From Treponema sp. UBA4267 (GTDB lineage: Bacteria; Spirochaetota; Spirochaetia; Treponematales; Treponemataceae), in the NCBI GenBank assembly GCA_002395155.1, contig DGWD01000034.1, positions 1,529-65,528 on the forward strand: 64,000 nt of DNA. Reading direction: 5' to 3'. The notes under the pieces are model-generated. The model was not told where the DNA came from, ran no database searches, and was given only the letters and a program-made list of their open reading frames with translations. A program made the position numbers and the translations under genes. Position 1 is the stretch's first letter, and every line of letters starts with the position of its first letter. Positions 59,368 through 64,000 of the stretch are shown here, piece by piece.

Positions 59368-60897
59368 TTACTTAGATTCGCTTTCCTCATCTTCAAGTTG
59401 CAGCATTTTTTTAATTCTGTTTTTTATTGAAGAATTGGTTTTCTTTTCATAATAAAGGGCCTTCATTTTTGTAGCGGCAGCTCCAAATTTATTTGTTTTA
59501 TACATATCAAGACCAAGGCTGATTGTTGTTGTATCTTTTGATTCCAGATATTTTAAACAAATTGATTCATAAGAAGAGTTTTCGTATTTTGCAAGTTCCT
59601 TTCCAATTGCATAGCGAAGATCCTTGCGTTTATCATCCTTTACACATTCCTCTGCAAGCTCAAGAATTTCTTTTTGACCTGCATGACCATCTTTTAGCAA
59701 AACTTCAACAATTTTCTTTTTAGTTCCATCTCCAACTTTTTTGTTGGTAAGCTGTTCAACCAGGTATTCGTTTCCTTCGCTGGTATTTAAATTAGAAAGT
59801 GCAGAAACGGCTTCTTCCTTTATCACTTTTTCACTGTCATTTTTTATGCGGTATATAAGATAAGGGGCAGCCTCTTTTAACTCAAGTTCCTTTGCAGTTT
59901 TTATAGCTTCCTGTCTTACTCGCCAATGTTCATCGCGGATTCCCTGCAAAATTACTTCTTTAGCTTCTACAACATCGGGAAAGTTTTTTAAGCCTTTTAT
60001 AACATACTGACGAAGATTTGGATCTGTAGAATCAAACTGTTCTATAAGAATTGGAACCGACTCCTTTTTTTCCATAAGACCAATTGTTTCGGCGGCATAC
60101 ATTCTTACATAGACGTTTTCATCTTCATCTTCCAGGAAAGAAACAATTTTTTCCCAGGTTTCAAGGGCATGCATTTTACCGCAGGTACGCATTAAAGACT
60201 GACGCTGAACATCGCTTAAGTCTTCACGATCAAGGTATTCAACCATGTAGATAGCCTCGGCAGGTCCACCTATTTCGCCAATACAATCTATAGCGTCATT
60301 AAAATAATTTTCGTTTTCAGTTTCAATAAGATTAAGAACTGCAGGAATTGCTTCTTTTGTTTTTACAGCAGAAATATATTTAAACGAAGCTTTTACTACA
60401 TCAGCCTTTTCATCGTAAGGGTCATTTAAGAGTTCTACAGCATAATCTTCAAGACAAGGATCTTCCAGTTTTGTAAAATACTTAAGAATTTTTTCTTTTA
60501 TTGTTGAGTTTTTTGTAACTTGGAAAAGATCATAAATTTCCTGGGTAAAACGAGGATCATCATTTGTAATTAATTTATCAAGTAATTCTGAAATTTCAGA
60601 AGGAAGCCCATATTTTATTGTATTGAGATGTTCTTCTTCATCTTCTTCACTTTCATCCTTTTCGGCAGCTTTTTTTGCCTTTTCAGAATCTATTGCCTTA
60701 GGTCTTTTTGCATCAGGAATTTCTGAAAGGCCAGGTTTAGAAGCCTTTACAGCTGAAGCTGAAGATGAAGATGATGATGATGTTGTTGTTGAAAGTTCAC
60801 TTTCTGTTGTAGGAGTTTCCTCTTCTACATCAGCCTCCTGAGAAAAAATCGAAAATGACAAAAATGATAGAGCAATTACAAATAAAAGTTTTTTCAT
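59368..60897 (-). CDS. Exported HEAT-repeat protein
   Basis: Signal peptide, Ser/Glu linker, repeats VRMYAAETIG, VRQEAIKT. Confidence 0.85.
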   Translation of the reverse strand: MKKLLFVIALSFLSFSIFSQEADVEEETPTTESELSTTTSSSSSSSASAVKASKPGLSEIPDAKRPKAIDSEKAKKAAEKDESEEDEEEHLNTIKYGLPSEISELLDKLITNDDPRFTQEIYDLFQVTKNSTIKEKILKYFTKLEDPCLEDYAVELLNDPYDEKADVVKASFKYISAVKTKEAIPAVLNLIETENENYFNDAIDCIGEIGGPAEAIYMVEYLDREDLSDVQRQSLMRTCGKMHALETWEKIVSFLEDEDENVYVRMYAAETIGLMEKKESVPILIEQFDSTDPNLRQYVIKGLKNFPDVVEAKEVILQGIRDEHWRVRQEAIKTAKELELKEAAPYLIYRIKNDSEKVIKEEAVSALSNLNTSEGNEYLVEQLTNKKVGDGTKKKIVEVLLKDGHAGQKEILELAEECVKDDKRKDLRYAIGKELAKYENSSYESICLKYLESKDTTTISLGLDMYKTNKFGAAATKMKALYYEKKTNSSIKNRIKKMLQLEDEESESK

Positions 60898-62036
60898 TAC
60901 AGCCCCTGATGGAATTTTTCAAGGAAGTCTTTTCGGTAGGCTTCAAAACGATCTTCGTTAATTGCCTGCCTAATTTCCTTTATCATATTATGTAAAAAGT
61001 ACAAATTATGATAACTTGCAAGGATTGAGCTTAAAATCTCCTGCTCCTTAAAAAGATGCCTTAAATAACTTCGGGAATAAGTCTGGCAAACTTTACACTT
61101 ACATTCAGGATCTACAGGGCCAAAATCATGAATCCAGCGTTCCTGTTTTATAGAAAGCATTCCCTTGTGGGTAAAGTATGAACCGTTTCGGGCATTGCGA
61201 GTTGGCAGAACACAATCAAACATATCAATTCCAGCTTGAACAGAATCAAGAATATACTCTGGTGTACCAATTCCCATTACATATTTTGGCTTATCCTCTG
61301 GTAAATATTTTACAGTATGATTTACAAAGTGGGTAAATTCTTCTCCAGTCTCCCCTACGCTAAGCCCCCCAATTGCAATACCAGGCAATTCCTGACTTGC
61401 AACAAATTCTGCACTCTGCTGACGAAGGTCTTCAAAAAAGTTTCCCTGAACGATTGGAAAAAGAATTCCCTGGTATCCTTTTTCTCTCTGATTTTCCCAT
61501 TCCTTCTTAGCACGCACCAGCCAGTCCGAAGTAATTTTTAAGGCTTTTTCGGCTTCCTTTCGTTCAACCCCAGCACCTGTACATACATCCAGTTGCATTT
61601 GAATATCGGAGTTAAACTTTGCCTGAGTTTCAACAACATTTTCTGGAGTAAACATGTGGTAAGAACCATCAATATGACTCTGGAACTTAACCCCTTCAGG
61701 ATTGATTTTTCTTAATTTTGAAAGAGAAAACACCTGAAAACCACCAGAATCTGTAAGAAAATTTCTTTTCCACTGAGAAAATCCATGGAGTCCGCCTGCT
61801 TCCTTTATAAGATCCGGACCAGGGCGGAGGAAAAGATGATAGGTATTTGCAAGAATAATTTCAAAATCTATATCTTCAAGAAAGTCCTTAGGCATTGCCT
61901 TTACAGTCGCATTTGTTCCAACAGGCATAAAAACAGGAGTCTGAACATCTCCATGTGGAAGATGAAGAACACCTGTTCTTGCTTTGCCGTCAGAGGACTT
62001 GTGTTTGATGTCAAAAATTTTCAAAACTTGGGCCAT
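60897..62036 (-). CDS. tgt: Queuine tRNA-ribosyltransferase
   Basis: TPVFMPVGT, NTYHL, TDSGGFQV, GGLSVGE, DMFDCV, CKCKVC..H. Confidence 0.98.
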   Translation of the reverse strand: MAQVLKIFDIKHKSSDGKARTGVLHLPHGDVQTPVFMPVGTNATVKAMPKDFLEDIDFEIILANTYHLFLRPGPDLIKEAGGLHGFSQWKRNFLTDSGGFQVFSLSKLRKINPEGVKFQSHIDGSYHMFTPENVVETQAKFNSDIQMQLDVCTGAGVERKEAEKALKITSDWLVRAKKEWENQREKGYQGILFPIVQGNFFEDLRQQSAEFVASQELPGIAIGGLSVGETGEEFTHFVNHTVKYLPEDKPKYVMGIGTPEYILDSVQAGIDMFDCVLPTRNARNGSYFTHKGMLSIKQERWIHDFGPVDPECKCKVCQTYSRSYLRHLFKEQEILSSILASYHNLYFLHNMIKEIRQAINEDRFEAYRKDFLEKFHQGL

Positions 62037-62051
62037 AAAAAATCCTTATAA

Positions 62052-63131
62052 TTAAGTTCTAGAATAACGTAAAAGAACTACACTGACTATTGTAAAGAAA
62101 ATTACAGGAGACCAGGCTCCCATAAAAGCAGAAATATAGCCATGCTTAGCAAAAACCATTGTCACCATCATGCTTACATAAAATAAAACAGAAGCAGAAA
62201 TACAAGATGCAAGACTGATTAAGAGAACGTTTTTGCGGGTTCTACCTGTTAATCCAATAGAAAGAAAAACTACAATAAAAATGATAAAAGGGAAAGAATA
62301 TTTTTTATAATATTCAGATAATTCTTCATTGTAAGGAAGACCTGCTTTTTTAAGGTGATTGATGTACTCCTTAGCATCTTTTGCAGTTACCCCCTGTATA
62401 TCAACATTTGTTTTTCTAAATATTTCGTATGATTCAGTAAGACTGGCAAGATACTGAGATTCCACTCCTTCCATCACTTTTAAAGTATCATCTTCTGGAA
62501 TATATTGAATAGGAGACTGTAAAACCCAAACTTCATTTTCTGGACTCCACTGAGCAAGCCCACTATAAACAATAGCCTTAAGATTTTTATTTTCATCACG
62601 AAAAAGAACAAAAAGATTTTGCAGTCTTTTGTTACTTTCTGTGTAGCGGCCAGCCTTATAAATTATTTTTCCATTATCAGAAATTACAATTACATCGTTG
62701 TTGTTTTCATTATTTACTTTTTTTAAGAGGGTGTTTTGCAAAGTTACTTTTTTTTCGTAATTTTCAACTACAAATTTATTTTCAAAAACAAAGAGTCCAA
62801 AAACCATAAAAAGACTTATTACAAGGATTGGAGCAGTAAACTTAAAAAGAGAAACTCCAGAAGCAAAAAGTGCTGTAATTTCATTATTTGCATACATTTC
62901 GCTCAAGGCATAGGATGTTGAAAAAAGAATTGCAACTGGAACTGCATACCAGAATGTTTTAGGTGCATAATACACCATCACCATAAGAATATCGCGAACT
63001 GAACATGAGTTCTGTAAATAAGTTGCAATATTGATAAAGAGATCTACAAGATTTAATACTAAGGCAAAGAAAAGAAGAGTTCCCATAAACAGAGGAATTA
63101 TTTTTCTGAACAGATATATTACTAGTTTCAT
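62052..63131 (-). CDS. lptG: LptF/LptG-family permease
   Basis: NEITALFASGVS motif; 3 TM + periplasmic domain + 3 TM; second gene of a tandem pair. Confidence 0.8.
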   Translation of the reverse strand: MKLVIYLFRKIIPLFMGTLLFFALVLNLVDLFINIATYLQNSCSVRDILMVMVYYAPKTFWYAVPVAILFSTSYALSEMYANNEITALFASGVSLFKFTAPILVISLFMVFGLFVFENKFVVENYEKKVTLQNTLLKKVNNENNNDVIVISDNGKIIYKAGRYTESNKRLQNLFVLFRDENKNLKAIVYSGLAQWSPENEVWVLQSPIQYIPEDDTLKVMEGVESQYLASLTESYEIFRKTNVDIQGVTAKDAKEYINHLKKAGLPYNEELSEYYKKYSFPFIIFIVVFLSIGLTGRTRKNVLLISLASCISASVLFYVSMMVTMVFAKHGYISAFMGAWSPVIFFTIVSVVLLRYSRT

Positions 63132-63134
63132 CAG

Positions 63135-64000
63135 TTACTTCCTTAAAAGAACTAAAAGAAAGCCTATACCAAAGGCCCCTATTACAAAATCAGGAACCCA
63201 TATACACCAAAAGGCAGGCAATCCAATTCTAGTTACAAATAACTGGCCCATAATCTGCATAGCCCAATAAATTACACAAACTACAATTCCAATAAACAAG
63301 CCAACCATCTGACCATTATGCTTACCAAACAGAAAGGCAATTGAAAAAGCAAGAAAGGCAAAGAAAATAGAACCAAAAGGAAGAGCAAATTTCTTATGAA
63401 ATTCCATTGTCCAAATATTTAATCTTGGTTTTTGAGAGGCATCTATTTCTGCAACCTTTTTAAGATCAGACAAAACCTTTGTTAAATCGTAGGTAGTCAT
63501 TTCTCGGGCAGAACGGGATGTAGCACCCATAATAGTTGTATCAAAAATATTTAAAATTGTTTTTTCGGACTTCATCACATCATAATTATGGCGATTATAC
63601 AAATCTAAAGAAAAAACTGTTGCATCTTCCATATTTAATTGCATTAAAACGCCGGCTTCTTTGGCACCAACCAAGGTTGACTGTCCGGCAACAATAATCC
63701 TTTCTTCTTTATCTTTTGACTCAAAAAGGATGATGTCGGAAACATTATTTCCAGATACCTGACCAATAACTACATTTACTTTATCCAGGCGTTTTACAGA
63801 ATTAGATTCTAATTCAATTGAAGGTGTTGAATGCATAATTTCACGCATTAATTTGTTATAACGGACGGTTCCCAAAGGTAGCAGATAATCGTTTACAAAA
63901 AATGAACCTATAGAAATCATAAGTCCTAAAAAGGCAACTGGAACTAAAATTCTTATGAATGAAAAACCTGCTGCACGGAATATTAAAATTTCGTTACTTG
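63135..64000 (-). CDS. lptF: LptF/LptG-family permease, 5' end outside the window
   Basis: Frame stays open to the window edge (SNEILIFRAAGFS...); EFHKKFALP; C-terminal WVPD. Confidence 0.8.
   Translation of the reverse strand, partial: SNEILIFRAAGFSFIRILVPVAFLGLMISIGSFFVNDYLLPLGTVRYNKLMREIMHSTPSIELESNSVKRLDKVNVVIGQVSGNNVSDIILFESKDKEERIIVAGQSTLVGAKEAGVLMQLNMEDATVFSLDLYNRHNYDVMKSEKTILNIFDTTIMGATSRSAREMTTYDLTKVLSDLKKVAEIDASQKPRLNIWTMEFHKKFALPFGSIFFAFLAFSIAFLFGKHNGQMVGLFIGIVVCVIYWAMQIMGQLFVTRIGLPAFWCIWVPDFVIGAFGIGFLLVLLRK

Overview
AT-rich chromosomal segment of an anaerobic host-associated spirochaete, most likely a rumen/gut Treponema. The evidence is the HAMP-SpoIIE / TPR / UPF0164 cluster, the infC-rpmI-rplT-zapB-like-zapA-yaiI order, lptF-lptG-tgt-HEAT, and a sigma28-type promoter. 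About 55 genes are present, mostly housekeeping (glyQS, infC/rpmI/rplT, pncB, ttcA, eno, argG, tgt, lptFG) or signalling (two PP2C phosphatases, two HD-GYP, two PilZ paralogues, a GGDEF, an MCP, a NarL-type two-component system). An accessory block at about 31.5-39.2 kb encodes an OmpA with a long charged helix, a BspA/DUF285 lipoprotein, two PD-(D/E)XK nucleases and an AbiEii-like remnant. No rRNA, tRNA, CRISPR array, transposase or integrase was found. The most unusual signals are non-coding: (1) a sigma28 promoter / folded RNA / terminator unit at 11634-11854 with no credible ORF; (2) dispersed two-hairpin elements whose stems covary, sitting against ribosome-binding sites and inside the pncB 3' end; (3) a synonymously recoded second copy of the last 11 codons of the GGGtGRT gene with its own terminator; (4) a 27-bp palindromic direct repeat shared by the divergent nifU-like and eno leaders; (5) heptamer (CCTANNA) arrays; (6) a +1 frameshift in infC. 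All family assignments come from motif recognition by eye; no database search was run.
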